From positions 1 to 28,980 of the forward strand of contig CALFRX010000275.1 in the NCBI GenBank assembly GCA_937919295.1: a DNA stretch of 28,980 nucleotides, in the 5' to 3' direction. The position numbers were made by a program, and so were the translations under genes. The stretch's first letter is position 1, and each line of letters begins with the position of its first letter. The notes beneath the pieces are model-generated. The model was not told where the DNA came from. It was given only the letters and a program-made list of their open reading frames with translations, and made no database searches. Below are positions 1 through 9,105 of this stretch, piece after piece. The stretch is from an uncultured Peptococcaceae bacterium (GTDB lineage: Bacteria > Bacillota > Dehalobacteriia > UBA7702).

Positions 1-1
1 G

Positions 2-181
2 GCAGGCCTGAAAGATTACGATATCATCACCGCCTTCAACGGCAAGAGTGTCACCGATATGTATGATCTCCAAGACAAAGTCTTTGCCTGCAGTGCCGGG
101 GATACGGTCTCCGTTACCGTTTACCGTGACGGTTCTTTTCTCGATTATCAAATCGTTTTGGGGGAACTAAAGGAACAATGA
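2..181 (+). CDS. htrA: C-terminal PDZ domain of HtrA/DegP-like serine protease (5'-truncated by window edge)
   Basis: Frame 2 reads AGLKDYDIITAFNGKSVTDMYDLQDKVFACSAGDTVSVTVYRDG...ELKEQ*, a typical PDZ 'AGLK.GDII..NG..V' tail. The stop overlaps the rlmH start (ATGA), and htrA-rlmH adjacency is common in Firmicutes. Confidence 0.8.
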   Translation, partial: AGLKDYDIITAFNGKSVTDMYDLQDKVFACSAGDTVSVTVYRDGSFLDYQIVLGELKEQ

Positions 182-657
182 AAATCAGAATCCTTGCCAT
201 CGGCAAGCTGAAAGAGAAATACTGGCGGGAGGCAATTGCCGAATACGAAAAGCGCCTCGGTCCCTACCTGAAACTGGAAATCTTAGAGGGCGGCGAGGAG
301 GAAGCACCGGAGAACCTCAGTGACCGGGAAAAAGATGTCGCTCTCGCCAAAGAGGGACGTTTTTTCCTAAGTAAAATGAAGGAGGGCGATTATAACATCG
401 CCCTTGATCTCAACGGCGAAATGGAGTCCTCTGAAGGGCTCGCACGCCTCATTGAAAAAAACGCCATGGAGCGCGGGAAAACCGTCAATTTTCTCATCGG
501 TGGCTCCTTAGGTCTGGCCGAAGAAGTCAATGGACGCTGCCAAAAACAAGTCGCTTTCGGCAGGGCTACTTTTCCCCATCAACTGATACGGGTTTTCCTT
601 GTGGAGCAGATCTACCGGAGCATGAAGATCATTCGCAGGGAACCCTACCATAAATAG
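178..657 (+). CDS. rlmH: 23S rRNA (pseudouridine1915-N3)-methyltransferase RlmH
   Basis: 159 aa with MKIRILAIGKLKEKYW, FLIGGSLGL, TFPHQLIRVFLVEQIYR and a terminal EPYHK. Confidence 0.97.
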   Translation: MKIRILAIGKLKEKYWREAIAEYEKRLGPYLKLEILEGGEEEAPENLSDREKDVALAKEGRFFLSKMKEGDYNIALDLNGEMESSEGLARLIEKNAMERGKTVNFLIGGSLGLAEEVNGRCQKQVAFGRATFPHQLIRVFLVEQIYRSMKIIRREPYHK

Positions 658-669
658 CAAAGGAGCGCT

Positions 670-993
670 ATGAGAGAAAAAATCAGCACCCTTTCACTGA
701 CTTCGCTGTCGTTAGGGGTTATGAGCATCATCACCGTCTTCGGCGGCTATACGGTCTTTCTCGGTCTTTTCTTCGCCTTTATCGGCATTCTCACCGGGCT
801 GCGGGGCAAACGCTACAGCCCCACAAAATTCGCGACCCGGGCTGTCCGCATCTCTATTTTCGGTTTTATCCTCTGTGCCGTGGTGATGCTGGTTTTTACG
901 GCGCTCTATCTCAGTTCACTGCTAAACTTTGATTTTGATTTCCATTCCCTTTATGAAACCTTGGCCGATCTCATCCATCGGTTGATCCATTAA
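670..993 (+). CDS. Small membrane protein, DUF4190-like
   Basis: 107 aa with an AAGGAG RBS and 2-3 hydrophobic segments separated by a basic loop (GLRGKRY). The family is a pattern guess only. Confidence 0.6.
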   Translation: MREKISTLSLTSLSLGVMSIITVFGGYTVFLGLFFAFIGILTGLRGKRYSPTKFATRAVRISIFGFILCAVVMLVFTALYLSSLLNFDFDFHSLYETLADLIHRLIH

Positions 994-995
994 AC

Positions 996-1028
996 CAAAG
1001 CGGCGGGAGCATCTGTCCCGCCGCTTTG
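996..1028 (+). terminator. Intrinsic terminator-like hairpin
   Basis: Perfect 13-bp inverted repeat CAAAGCGGCGGGA/TCCCGCCGCTTTG, 3 nt after the stop at 993. Confidence 0.75.
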
Positions 1029-1258
1029 ACCGTGGAAAAAGTCTGGTATTTCTGCTCTTTCGCGTAGGCGGCAAACCATCCGCCCCGCAGCAGCACGTTT
1101 AACCTTAGAAAAGGCGGCAGGGTTTAAGGATAAGATCGCATCTTTTAGAGCAAATAGAGCAAATCCCTAAGGCCTTTGCTCCGAAAAGAAAAAGCCTTTC
1201 CCGGCAGTTTCTCATCATGTAGCCCGAGATCCGCAGACGCGGGTTTTGTCTACAATTT

Positions 1259-1290
1259 AAAAGGGAAGTGTGTAATAACACCTCCCTTTT
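1259..1290 (-). terminator. Intrinsic terminator of the yabE-like gene
   Basis: AAAAGGGAAGTGT-gtaata-ACACCTCCCTTTT stem with one mismatch and A/T tails, 45 nt past the stop at 1335. Confidence 0.7.
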
Positions 1291-1334
1291 GATGGTTTAT
1301 GAATGGTTCATTATAAAGTTGGTTTTAATAAATT

Positions 1335-2390
1335 TTAGTTGAGAATATAGACAGTGACGCTTTTCACGCCCCAATTAATACATTCTTCTTCAGAATTGAG
1401 ATAAACATCAATTCTGTTACCTTTAATCAACCCTCCGGTATCTTCGGCAACACAATAGCCATACCCTTCCACATAGAGCTTTGTACCCAGCGGTATTACA
1501 CTGGGGTCCACGGCAATGGCACCTACTCTTGACAACGTACCGCTTTTGGTTAAGGAACCTTCCGATTCATGGTACGCTGTTGCCTTACAAGTTAAAACTT
1601 TGGAATAAGACATACCGTTAGGGGCGACCTGGTTGGAAGCAGTCGATTCATTTCCACTATCTTCATTATCGCTGTTAACGTTGTTAACGCTGGCAACAAC
1701 AACTGTGCCAACTGCGACAATTTCTGTTACCGGTTCGGTGACATCTGAATTAACAAGCTCTTCGCTGTAGTATTCACCGTCCCGGTAAGTAACGAGATAG
1801 GTATCGGCTTGCAGCCCTGTCTTACCGCGCTGCAATACCGCTTTCTCGCCTGAGAACATAGTGCTATCCTTTTGTGTTTCTACGGAATATGCCAACTCTG
1901 TTTCTCTTATTTCTTCCTCTATTGTCACCCTGTGAATATCAATGACCAAATCTGTGGTGGCGGCTGCGCTCACCTTCGGTTCCACAATATCGTGTTCCCC
2001 CAAGGTGATATTGGCTTCGTTTAGCACGTCGCCGACATTCTTTGCCGCCATACTGACTTTTAGCGTTTGTCCGTCTACCAAAACTTTGTAGTTGTTGGTC
2101 ACTTCTACCGGAACCTTTTGCCCATCGTAAATTTTAGAATCGAGAGCAACGCCGACAGAAGAAATATCGTCCAGATCAATCTTCTGTTCTTCCAGCAGTT
2201 CCTTAACGGTGTTGGTATATGTGCGGACAACCTTATCATTGCTATTGACGGATAATGTAACCTCTTTTTCTTCAGACATGATCCATGCTCCACAGCCTAG
2301 TCCGATCACGGCTACAGCCACGAAGGAACAGAGGACAATTAGGATTTTTCGGGAATGGAAAAAATTAGACCATATCGTCTTAGTTGACAT
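1335..2390 (-). CDS. yabE: YabE/RpfB-like cell-wall remodelling protein (TM, DUF348 repeats, G5, 3D domain)
   Basis: N-terminal TM, DUF348-like repeats (TVKELLEEQKIDL; NVGDVLNEANITLGEHD), G5 (GKTG...EPVTEIVAVGT) and 3D domain (ATAY, IAVDPSVIPLGTKLYVEGYG, AEDTGGLIKGNRIDVY). It follows tatD as in Bacillus. The start is placed at ATG 2390, behind GGAGG at 2396-2400. Confidence 0.9.
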   Translation of the reverse strand: MSTKTIWSNFFHSRKILIVLCSFVAVAVIGLGCGAWIMSEEKEVTLSVNSNDKVVRTYTNTVKELLEEQKIDLDDISSVGVALDSKIYDGQKVPVEVTNNYKVLVDGQTLKVSMAAKNVGDVLNEANITLGEHDIVEPKVSAAATTDLVIDIHRVTIEEEIRETELAYSVETQKDSTMFSGEKAVLQRGKTGLQADTYLVTYRDGEYYSEELVNSDVTEPVTEIVAVGTVVVASVNNVNSDNEDSGNESTASNQVAPNGMSYSKVLTCKATAYHESEGSLTKSGTLSRVGAIAVDPSVIPLGTKLYVEGYGYCVAEDTGGLIKGNRIDVYLNSEEECINWGVKSVTVYILN

Positions 2391-2416
2391 ATACACCTCC
2401 TTCCAACTTTGAATAA

Positions 2417-2446
2417 AGTATACTATACTTTACGAAAAAAAGTCAA
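2417..2446 (-). promoter_or_regulatory. Sigma-A-like promoter for yabE
   Basis: TTGACT-N18-TATACT on the minus strand. The -10 lies inside a 17-bp palindrome, AAAGTATA-C-TATACTTT (2415-2431). Confidence 0.5.
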
Positions 2447-2890
2447 ATCCAACCGTATCTTAAAGCCCCTGCTATACAATGCCACCGTATAAAAAAATAA
2501 GTTTTTTTAAAAAACTTTTGCCGCTTTGGGAGCATTAAATCCCCTGCTACAAATGGTCCATATGGTGGTATTTCCTGAATTTCAGAGAAAAAAAATTCAT
2601 AAATTTTTAAGAAATTTATGAATTTTTGGAACACCTGCTATACGAGCTTTGACCTTTCCGGTCCATAATCATGCCCCTGAATTTAGAACATATTTTCGCA
2701 TAAAACCTGTCGAATGTTATGCATTATACAGTGGTATATTTATGCATACAAAGTATATTTATTACATATACCGCAATACCCTTGTTTTTTCGGGGATCAT
2801 CCGCCCTCATTCCTACGGTGGTTCATGTTTCCCTGCCGAGACAGCTCATTTTTATGCTTGCCCCTGCTTCAGGCAGCGAAAAGAAAGACG

Positions 2891-2928
2891 AAAAAACGCC
2901 GAAGGGCTCGATTGTGATCCCTTCGGCG
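2891..2928 (-). terminator. Intrinsic terminator after tatD
   Basis: 10-bp stem CGCCGAAGGG/CCCTTCGGCG followed by T6 on the minus strand. Confidence 0.85.
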
Positions 2929-2982
2929 CAGTTTGGTATATTTTGTTAAAAAAGCATGTTTTTTATTGTTCGCGCAACACCG

Positions 2983-3765
2983 CTATTTGCGGCTTACCGG
3001 CAGCCGAAAGAGACGGCAACCGTTCTCATAGGTCACTCTCTCCACCTCTTCTACGCTGATTCCCCGCAGATCAGCGACTTTTGCCGCCACATAGCGGAGG
3101 TGGGCGGGTTCGTTGCGGCGGCCGCGGCGAGGTTCCGGGGATAAATAGGGACAATCGGTTTCGATCAGCAGACGGTCTAAGGGCATCTGCTCCACAACGC
3201 GCACCGGCTTTTTGGCATTTTTAAAGGTCAGCGGACCGTCAAAGCCGAGATAATAGCCGCGTTGCAGGCAAGATTGTGCCTGCTCCCAACTGCCGGAAAA
3301 ACAGTGGAAAACGCCTTTATGGTCGCTTTCCCCCAATTCCTCCGTTAATATCCCCAAGGTATCCTCAAAGGCGTCGCGACTGTGAATCACCAGGGGCAGA
3401 TCGAGACTTTTGGCCAGGCGAATCTGGCGGCGAAACACGTTGTGCTGGGTTTCCCTATCCGTGTTGGCATAATGATAGTCAAGGCCGATTTCCCCGATGG
3501 CAACGACCTTCTCCCCTTTTGCCCAAGACAAAAGCTCCGCTTCCAGAGCCTCATGGTAAGTGCTGCTGTCGCTAGGGTGTACGCCGACAACGGCGTACAC
3601 TTTTTGGTATTGTTCCGCCAATGCCACGGCCTGCCGGGAGGTTTCCCTGTCACAGCCCACTACATTGATGCGGCACACACCGGCTTCTCCCGCACGGGAG
3701 AGCACTGCTGCCAAATCATCGGCAAAGGCTTCGTCATTGAGATGGGCGTGGGTATCGTAAAGCAT
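2983..3765 (-). CDS. tatD: TatD family metal-dependent DNase
   Basis: DTHAHL, GVHP, IGEIGLDY, IHSRDA, HCFSG and LLIETDCPYLSP motifs. Confidence 0.96.
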   Translation of the reverse strand: MLYDTHAHLNDEAFADDLAAVLSRAGEAGVCRINVVGCDRETSRQAVALAEQYQKVYAVVGVHPSDSSTYHEALEAELLSWAKGEKVVAIGEIGLDYHYANTDRETQHNVFRRQIRLAKSLDLPLVIHSRDAFEDTLGILTEELGESDHKGVFHCFSGSWEQAQSCLQRGYYLGFDGPLTFKNAKKPVRVVEQMPLDRLLIETDCPYLSPEPRRGRRNEPAHLRYVAAKVADLRGISVEEVERVTYENGCRLFRLPVSRK

Positions 3766-5723
3766 TAACGGACCACGCCTCCACAGCTTATCTTATCAAC
3801 AAGGAGCGCTTCCAGACCGTCTTCATCGGAGGCGCAGAGCACCATGCCACGGCTTTCGATGCCCCGCAGTTTCACCGGTTTCAAATTCGCCACAATGACG
3901 ACTTTTTTGCCGATCAATTCTTCGGGAGCATAGTATTTGGCGATCCCCGCCACAACGGTGCGTTCCTCTTCGCCGATTTTGACGCCGAGTTTTAACAATT
4001 TATCGGCGTTCTCCACCTTTTCCGCTGTGAGCACTTGGGCGACGCGCAGTTCCATTTTGGCAAAGTCGTCGATGGTGATCAAATCTTCACTTTTCTGTTC
4101 GGTTTTCACTGCTTCTTTCACCGCTTCTTTGGCTTCCTTTGCTTTGGTCTTACCCTCCTTTTTCGGGGCGGGAGCACTCTCTCCGTCGTTCCATTCCAGG
4201 CGGGGGAAGATGGGTTCGCCGCGGTGAATCTCGGTTTTGGCTTTGATGCCTCCGTAGGGGAGGCTTTCCCAAGTATGCAGTTCCTTTTCTTCGGCAATGC
4301 CCAACTGCGCAAAGACTTTTGCCGGCGTATTGGGCATCACCGGCGTCAGCAGAATGGTGGCAATGCGGAGGGCTTCGGCCATATTATATAAAACCGTCGT
4401 TAGTTTGGCTTTTTCGTTATTTTTGTTCAAGGCCCAGGGAGCACATTCATCAATATATTTATTGGCTTTGGTCACGATTTGCCAAACAGCGCCGAAGGCG
4501 TTATGGAATTCCAGCTTATCCATGCATGCTGCCATCTCTGCGGGAACGGTTGCCAAGAGAGAGAGCAATTCGTCGTCGAATTCCGTTTTTTCCTGGGGCG
4601 CTTCGATGATCCCGCCTTGAAATTTTTCGATCATCGCCGTGGTGCGGGAAAGCAAGTTCCCGAAGTCATTGGCGAGATCCACATTGATGCGGTTGACCAG
4701 GATCTCCTCGGTATAGTTGCCGTCAGCGCCGAAAATAAACTCCCGGAGCAAAAAGTAGCGGAGCGCGTCGGTGCTGTATTGATCGGCTAAAACCATCGGG
4801 TCGACGACATTGCCTTTACTTTTGGACATCTTCCCTTCATTCACCAAGATCCAACCGTGAGCGAATACTTTTTTCGGGAGGGGCAGATCTAAGGCCAGGA
4901 GCATAATGGGCCAGATGATCGTATGGAAGCGCACAATGTCTTTTCCCACGAGATGAACGTCGGCGGGCCAATATTTTTCAAAGCGGGGATCGCCTTTGGT
5001 GTAACCCAGGGCAGAAATATAGTTGGTCAAGGCGTCGAGCCAGACGTAGACCACGTGCTTGGGATCGCCGGGAACGGGAATGCCCCAGCGGAAGGTGGTG
5101 CGGCTGATGCTGAGATCCTCAAGGCCTTGTTTGATGAAATTCACCATTTCGTTGCGGCGGGAGGTTGGCTGAATAAAGTCGGGGTGGCTGTCAATATAGG
5201 CCAAAAGGTAATCGCTGTAGTTGGAAAGTTTAAAAAAGTAGCTTTCCTCCTGAACCACATCGACAGGGCCGCCGCAATCGGGGCAGACGCCTCCAGCGTC
5301 TTTGATCTGGGTTTCCGTAAAAAAGGTCTCACAGGAAACACAGTAATGGCCTTCGTAGGAACCGAGGTAGATATCGCCTTTGTCCTGTAACTTGCGAAAA
5401 ATCTCGGCGACGACTTCCTCATGGCGCGGTTCGGTGGTACGGATAAAATCGCTGTAATCAATATCAAACTTTCGCCAAAGCTCTTTAAAGGAAGCGATGA
5501 TCCGATCCACATAAGCCAGGGGTTCCATTCCCGCCGCCGCGGCGCTACGCTCAATTTTCTGTCCGTGTTCATCGGAACCGGTGAGAAAATAGGCGTCATA
5601 ACCGCGCATCTTTTTATAGCGGGTCATGGTATCCGCTGCAACAGTGGTATAGCAATGACCGATATGCAAGGTGGCGCTGGGATAGTAAATGGGGGTCGTG
5701 ATATAAAAGGTAGGTTTTGACAT
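3765..5723 (-). CDS. metG: Methionyl-tRNA synthetase with C-terminal tRNA-binding domain
   Basis: YITTPIYY, HIGH, two CxxC knuckles, GKDIVRFH, KMSKS and a C-terminal OB/Trbp domain (ITIDDFAKMELRV). Confidence 0.98.
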   Translation of the reverse strand: MSKPTFYITTPIYYPSATLHIGHCYTTVAADTMTRYKKMRGYDAYFLTGSDEHGQKIERSAAAAGMEPLAYVDRIIASFKELWRKFDIDYSDFIRTTEPRHEEVVAEIFRKLQDKGDIYLGSYEGHYCVSCETFFTETQIKDAGGVCPDCGGPVDVVQEESYFFKLSNYSDYLLAYIDSHPDFIQPTSRRNEMVNFIKQGLEDLSISRTTFRWGIPVPGDPKHVVYVWLDALTNYISALGYTKGDPRFEKYWPADVHLVGKDIVRFHTIIWPIMLLALDLPLPKKVFAHGWILVNEGKMSKSKGNVVDPMVLADQYSTDALRYFLLREFIFGADGNYTEEILVNRINVDLANDFGNLLSRTTAMIEKFQGGIIEAPQEKTEFDDELLSLLATVPAEMAACMDKLEFHNAFGAVWQIVTKANKYIDECAPWALNKNNEKAKLTTVLYNMAEALRIATILLTPVMPNTPAKVFAQLGIAEEKELHTWESLPYGGIKAKTEIHRGEPIFPRLEWNDGESAPAPKKEGKTKAKEAKEAVKEAVKTEQKSEDLITIDDFAKMELRVAQVLTAEKVENADKLLKLGVKIGEEERTVVAGIAKYYAPEELIGKKVVIVANLKPVKLRGIESRGMVLCASDEDGLEALLVDKISCGGVVR

Positions 5724-5726
5724 GGG

Positions 5727-6569
5727 TTATTCTCCTTCTTCTCCATCCGTAAAGGTATAAGGATAGATCTGATTTTTCTTCATTCGATATTTTTCCGCAA
5801 CAATCCGTACTGCGGTTTTGGCTTTGACGCCCTCGGACATAAGACCGGCCAGTTCGGCCTTGATCACCTCTTCTGTGGGAATTTCGTTTTCTTCGCCGCG
5901 AAAGCCCTCGATCACCAGCACCATTTCCCCTTTCAACTGCGTGTCCGAAGCCGTTTGGAGCAGAGAGGAAAGGGTACCGTAATAGAAGGTTTCATGGATC
6001 TTGGTCAACTCCCGGCAGAGGGTGGCTTTACGGTGACCCAAGGCAGCGGAGAGCGCGGCAAGATCCTCTTTGACCCGATGGGGAGAAACGTAGATCACTA
6101 AGGTTCTACTTTCTTTGGCGATCTCTTTCAGCCGCTCCTGCCGCTCCTTTTTGGGCCGCGGCAAGAAACCCTCGAAAACAAAGCGATCGCAGGGCAGCGC
6201 CGAGGCGCTGACCGCGGAAAGCACAGCATTGCCACCGGGTATGGGATGAACGGGAATCCCCGCTTCAGCAGCCGCCCGAACAAGATCGGCGCCGGGATCA
6301 GAAATCCCCGGCGTACCGGCATCGCTGATCAAGGCCACGGTCTCACCCTTTTGGAGCCGCGCTATAAGCTCTTCCCGCCGTTTCACCTCGTTATGCTCGT
6401 AATAGCTGAGCAGCGGCGTCTTAATATCAAAATGTTGTAATAAGATTCTGCTGTGGCGGGTGTCCTCGGCGCCGATCACATCGACATTTTTCAGCACTTC
6501 AATGCCGCGAAAGGTCATGTCATCAAGGTTGCCGATGGGTGTCGCCACAAGATACAGTCCCTGTTCCAT
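5727..6569 (-). CDS. rsmI: 16S rRNA C1402 2'-O-methyltransferase RsmI
   Basis: LYLVATPIGNLDDMTFR, AEDTR, SDAGTPGISDPG, RELTKIHE and KGEMVLVI motifs. The start is placed at ATG 6569 (MEQGLY). Confidence 0.96.
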   Translation of the reverse strand: MEQGLYLVATPIGNLDDMTFRGIEVLKNVDVIGAEDTRHSRILLQHFDIKTPLLSYYEHNEVKRREELIARLQKGETVALISDAGTPGISDPGADLVRAAAEAGIPVHPIPGGNAVLSAVSASALPCDRFVFEGFLPRPKKERQERLKEIAKESRTLVIYVSPHRVKEDLAALSAALGHRKATLCRELTKIHETFYYGTLSSLLQTASDTQLKGEMVLVIEGFRGEENEIPTEEVIKAELAGLMSEGVKAKTAVRIVAEKYRMKKNQIYPYTFTDGEEGE

Positions 6570-7293
6570 GGTAAATCTCAAAAATCCTCTTCATTTCCGG
6601 AGTATAATCCCCGTCTTCAGCGTATATGGTGAACGGCGTCAGCTCCCTGTGGCAGCACGGCGCTTTTGTCCATTGCAGCAATACCCGGGAAAATCCGGGG
6701 TTGGTCTTTTTGGAAAAAACAGCGCGGCTGCTCTCCAGGAAAAGTCCCGCTTCTTGCGCCCTTTTGCAGATTTCCTCTTTCCGCAGGCCAGGAAAGATCA
6801 AAACAAGCCGCCCGCTTTCCCGCAGCAGGGAAAAGGCTTGGCGCATCAGACCCGCTGGATGCCAAAAAAGCTCCGTTTTAGCGGCGGCCACCTCTTCGTT
6901 TTGGGACGGACGGCATTTGTCCCCTGGGTAAAAAGGTGGATTCGTTACGATTAGATCAAAGGAGGAGGACGCTAAAAAACGATCCGCTTCCATGGCGTCG
7001 CCGGAAAGCACCGTAACGTCAACCCTGTTTTCCGCCATATTGCGCCTGGCCAATTCGAAAGGCCCGTCCATTTTCTCCACTGCCGTAATGAGCAGGGAAG
7101 GTTCTCTGCCCAAAAGCAAAAGCGGCAATACGCCGCTGCCGCAGCCGAGATCAAGAACGGCGGCGCCGGGAAAGACCGGGACAAAAGCGGCAAGTAAAAG
7201 GGCATCGAGAGAAAAGCGGTAACCGTCCTTTTTTTGAAGCAGACGGTAACCGCCGATGATCAGATCGTCATCCGTAAACTCATTTTTGTTCAT
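6523..7293 (-). CDS. yabB: YabB/TrmN6-like tRNA1(Val) A37 N6-methyltransferase
   Basis: GYRFSLDALLLA, VLDLGCGSGVLPL and VTNPPF motifs. The start is placed at ATG 7293. The 3' end overlaps the rsmI start by 47 nt. Confidence 0.9.
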   Translation of the reverse strand: MNKNEFTDDDLIIGGYRLLQKKDGYRFSLDALLLAAFVPVFPGAAVLDLGCGSGVLPLLLLGREPSLLITAVEKMDGPFELARRNMAENRVDVTVLSGDAMEADRFLASSSFDLIVTNPPFYPGDKCRPSQNEEVAAAKTELFWHPAGLMRQAFSLLRESGRLVLIFPGLRKEEICKRAQEAGLFLESSRAVFSKKTNPGFSRVLLQWTKAPCCHRELTPFTIYAEDGDYTPEMKRIFEIYHGTGTVSCGDTHRQP

Positions 7294-7567
7294 CGCTGTG
7301 CAAAGCGTCCTTATCCAAAAGGGAGGCGCAGAAAAGGCATTCGCCGTCCCGGGTTTCGCCAAAATGGGCGGAGCAGACATGAAAACCGGCGTCGAATAAG
7401 GCCAAAAGGTTGGCCTTACCGGAAATCTGCATATTTTTATTGCGGATGATCGTCTGCATCGAAGCGTTATCCTGTTCCATCCGCTCTACGTAGTGGCGAA
7501 TCGTCGCCAGCTCATCTTCCATTGCTTTCAATTTCGCTTCCAATTCGCAAATCGCTTCAGCCAGCAT
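7280..7567 (-). CDS. yabA: Replication initiation control protein YabA
   Basis: N-terminal coiled coil plus the Zn motif NLLALFDAGFHVC..HFG..R..ECLFC, in the conserved position between yaaT and yabB. Confidence 0.9.
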   Translation of the reverse strand: MLAEAICELEAKLKAMEDELATIRHYVERMEQDNASMQTIIRNKNMQISGKANLLALFDAGFHVCSAHFGETRDGECLFCASLLDKDALHSDEQK

Positions 7568-7586
7568 AAATACACCACTGCTTTCT

Positions 7587-8291
7587 TTAATCTTCCAGCT
7601 CTTTCAATTCCTCATCGATTTCTTCATCAGTATCAGCGTCGTAGCTGTTGATCGAGTCATCGTAACTTTCAAATTTTAGGCAGCACATCAGACGGCCACA
7701 GATCCCCGAAATTTTGCCGGGATTCAGGGAAAGGTTCTGATGTTTGGCCATGCGGATCGATACCGGCTGAAACTCGTCTAAAACACTGTGACAGCAGAGT
7801 ACACGGCCGCAGGAGGCGATACCGCCGATCATCTTGGCTTCGTCTCTGACGCCGATTTGCCGCAGCTCGATCCTGGTGCGGAAGACGCTGACCAGATCCT
7901 TCACCAGTCCCCGGAAATCGACCCGGCCGTCGGCGGTGAAATAGAAGATGATTTTACCGCCGTCAAAGGTGTATTCCACGTCAATGAGCTTCATCACCAG
8001 ATTATTATCTTTGATTTTTTCAAGGCAAATATCGAAGGCCTTCTTTTCTTTGGCCTGATTCTCTTCATAGGTCTTTTCATCAACGGCAGTGGCTTTCCGG
8101 ATGACTTCCTTCAACGGTTTCACCACTTTATTTTCGGGAACCTGCCGGGGCGGGATCACCACAGTGCCGTATTCCATCCCCCGGGCCGTCTCCACAATGA
8201 CGTGATCGTGATTTTTCAGTTCCAGGTCGCCGGGGCTGAAATAATAGATCTTCCCTGCCTGTTTAAAGCGTATACCAACTACAGTTTCCAT
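7587..8291 (-). CDS. yaaT: PSP1-domain protein YaaT/RicT
   Basis: VVGIRFKQAGKIYYF, FYFTADGRVDFR, RQIGVRDEAKMIGG..CGR.LCC and KISGICGRLMCCLKFE motifs. Confidence 0.95.
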   Translation of the reverse strand: METVVGIRFKQAGKIYYFSPGDLELKNHDHVIVETARGMEYGTVVIPPRQVPENKVVKPLKEVIRKATAVDEKTYEENQAKEKKAFDICLEKIKDNNLVMKLIDVEYTFDGGKIIFYFTADGRVDFRGLVKDLVSVFRTRIELRQIGVRDEAKMIGGIASCGRVLCCHSVLDEFQPVSIRMAKHQNLSLNPGKISGICGRLMCCLKFESYDDSINSYDADTDEEIDEELKELED

Positions 8292-9105
8292 TAAGGTCGT
8301 CCTTTCTTTTTAGCCGCAGGAGAAAATTCTCCGTAATCAATTTCAGATTGATATTGCTTTCCATGAGGATCGGCGCGGCAAGAGCCCACTGCCATAAATC
8401 AAAGAGCTGACCCGCGCTCCAGTGTTCCTCGGGGAAGCCCTGGGCCGGGGTAACGCCGCCCAGGCGATATAAGTAATTTTCGGAAAACAGGCTCACCGCC
8501 GTTTCAAAAAACGACGCTAATTTTTCCCGCTCTTTGGCGTATTTTTCCGCAGTACGGAAAAGATATTCCAGCGGCGATGATTTGACAGCGGAAAGGATAG
8601 AAAAAACTTCTTCCCGTTCCGCATCAAGAGCCCTCTTGTTTTCGGAAAGAATACGAATGATGCGGCAGCGGGAAGCGATGGTTTGCAAAATACGGTCTTC
8701 GTTTTCCGCTGTCAATAAAAATACGGTGTTTTCCGCCGGTTCTTCCAACGCTTTTAGCAAGCGGTCGGCGCATTCCTCTTTCATCATATCGGCTTTCTGC
8801 AAAAGAAAAATCCGATGTAATCCTTGTTTTGCGGTGAGTGAAAAGTATTTTCGCAATGTTTTGAGCTGATCCGCTTTGTAATAAACGCCTTCCGGCGCCA
8901 AAACCACGAGATCGGGGAAATTTCCACTCTTTATTTGCAGGCAATGACTGCAGGCGCCGCAACCGGCGCCGTCTTGGGGATTGCGGCAATTGATTGCCGT
9001 CGCGAAGTCGAGGGCTTCCCCCTCAACAAGTTCGGCCTTGCCGTATAACAGATAGGCGTGACCCGGATGAGCGCTTTTTATTTCTCTTTTCAGCCGTTCA
9101 TTCAT
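8263..9105 (-). CDS. holB: DNA polymerase III delta-prime subunit
   Basis: HAYLLYG, the Zn module C...CGACSHC, HPD-like FPDL, LLKALEEP and TIASRC, in the tmk-holB-yaaT position. Confidence 0.9.
   Translation of the reverse strand: MNERLKREIKSAHPGHAYLLYGKAELVEGEALDFATAINCRNPQDGAGCGACSHCLQIKSGNFPDLVVLAPEGVYYKADQLKTLRKYFSLTAKQGLHRIFLLQKADMMKEECADRLLKALEEPAENTVFLLTAENEDRILQTIASRCRIIRILSENKRALDAEREEVFSILSAVKSSPLEYLFRTAEKYAKEREKLASFFETAVSLFSENYLYRLGGVTPAQGFPEEHWSAGQLFDLWQWALAAPILMESNINLKLITENFLLRLKRKDDLNGNCSWYTL

Noticed and set aside
635-670. SCC-like element integrated at the rlmH 3' end
   Set aside because: No duplicated att sequence, recombinase or cargo was found downstream; only a small membrane-protein gene follows.
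2397-2982. c-di-AMP (ydaO) riboswitch or short ORFs upstream of yabE
   Set aside because: The conserved riboswitch motifs were not found. The ORFs at 2443-2634, 2649-3059 and 2714-2949 lack RBS or family motifs and overlap the terminator and promoter elements.
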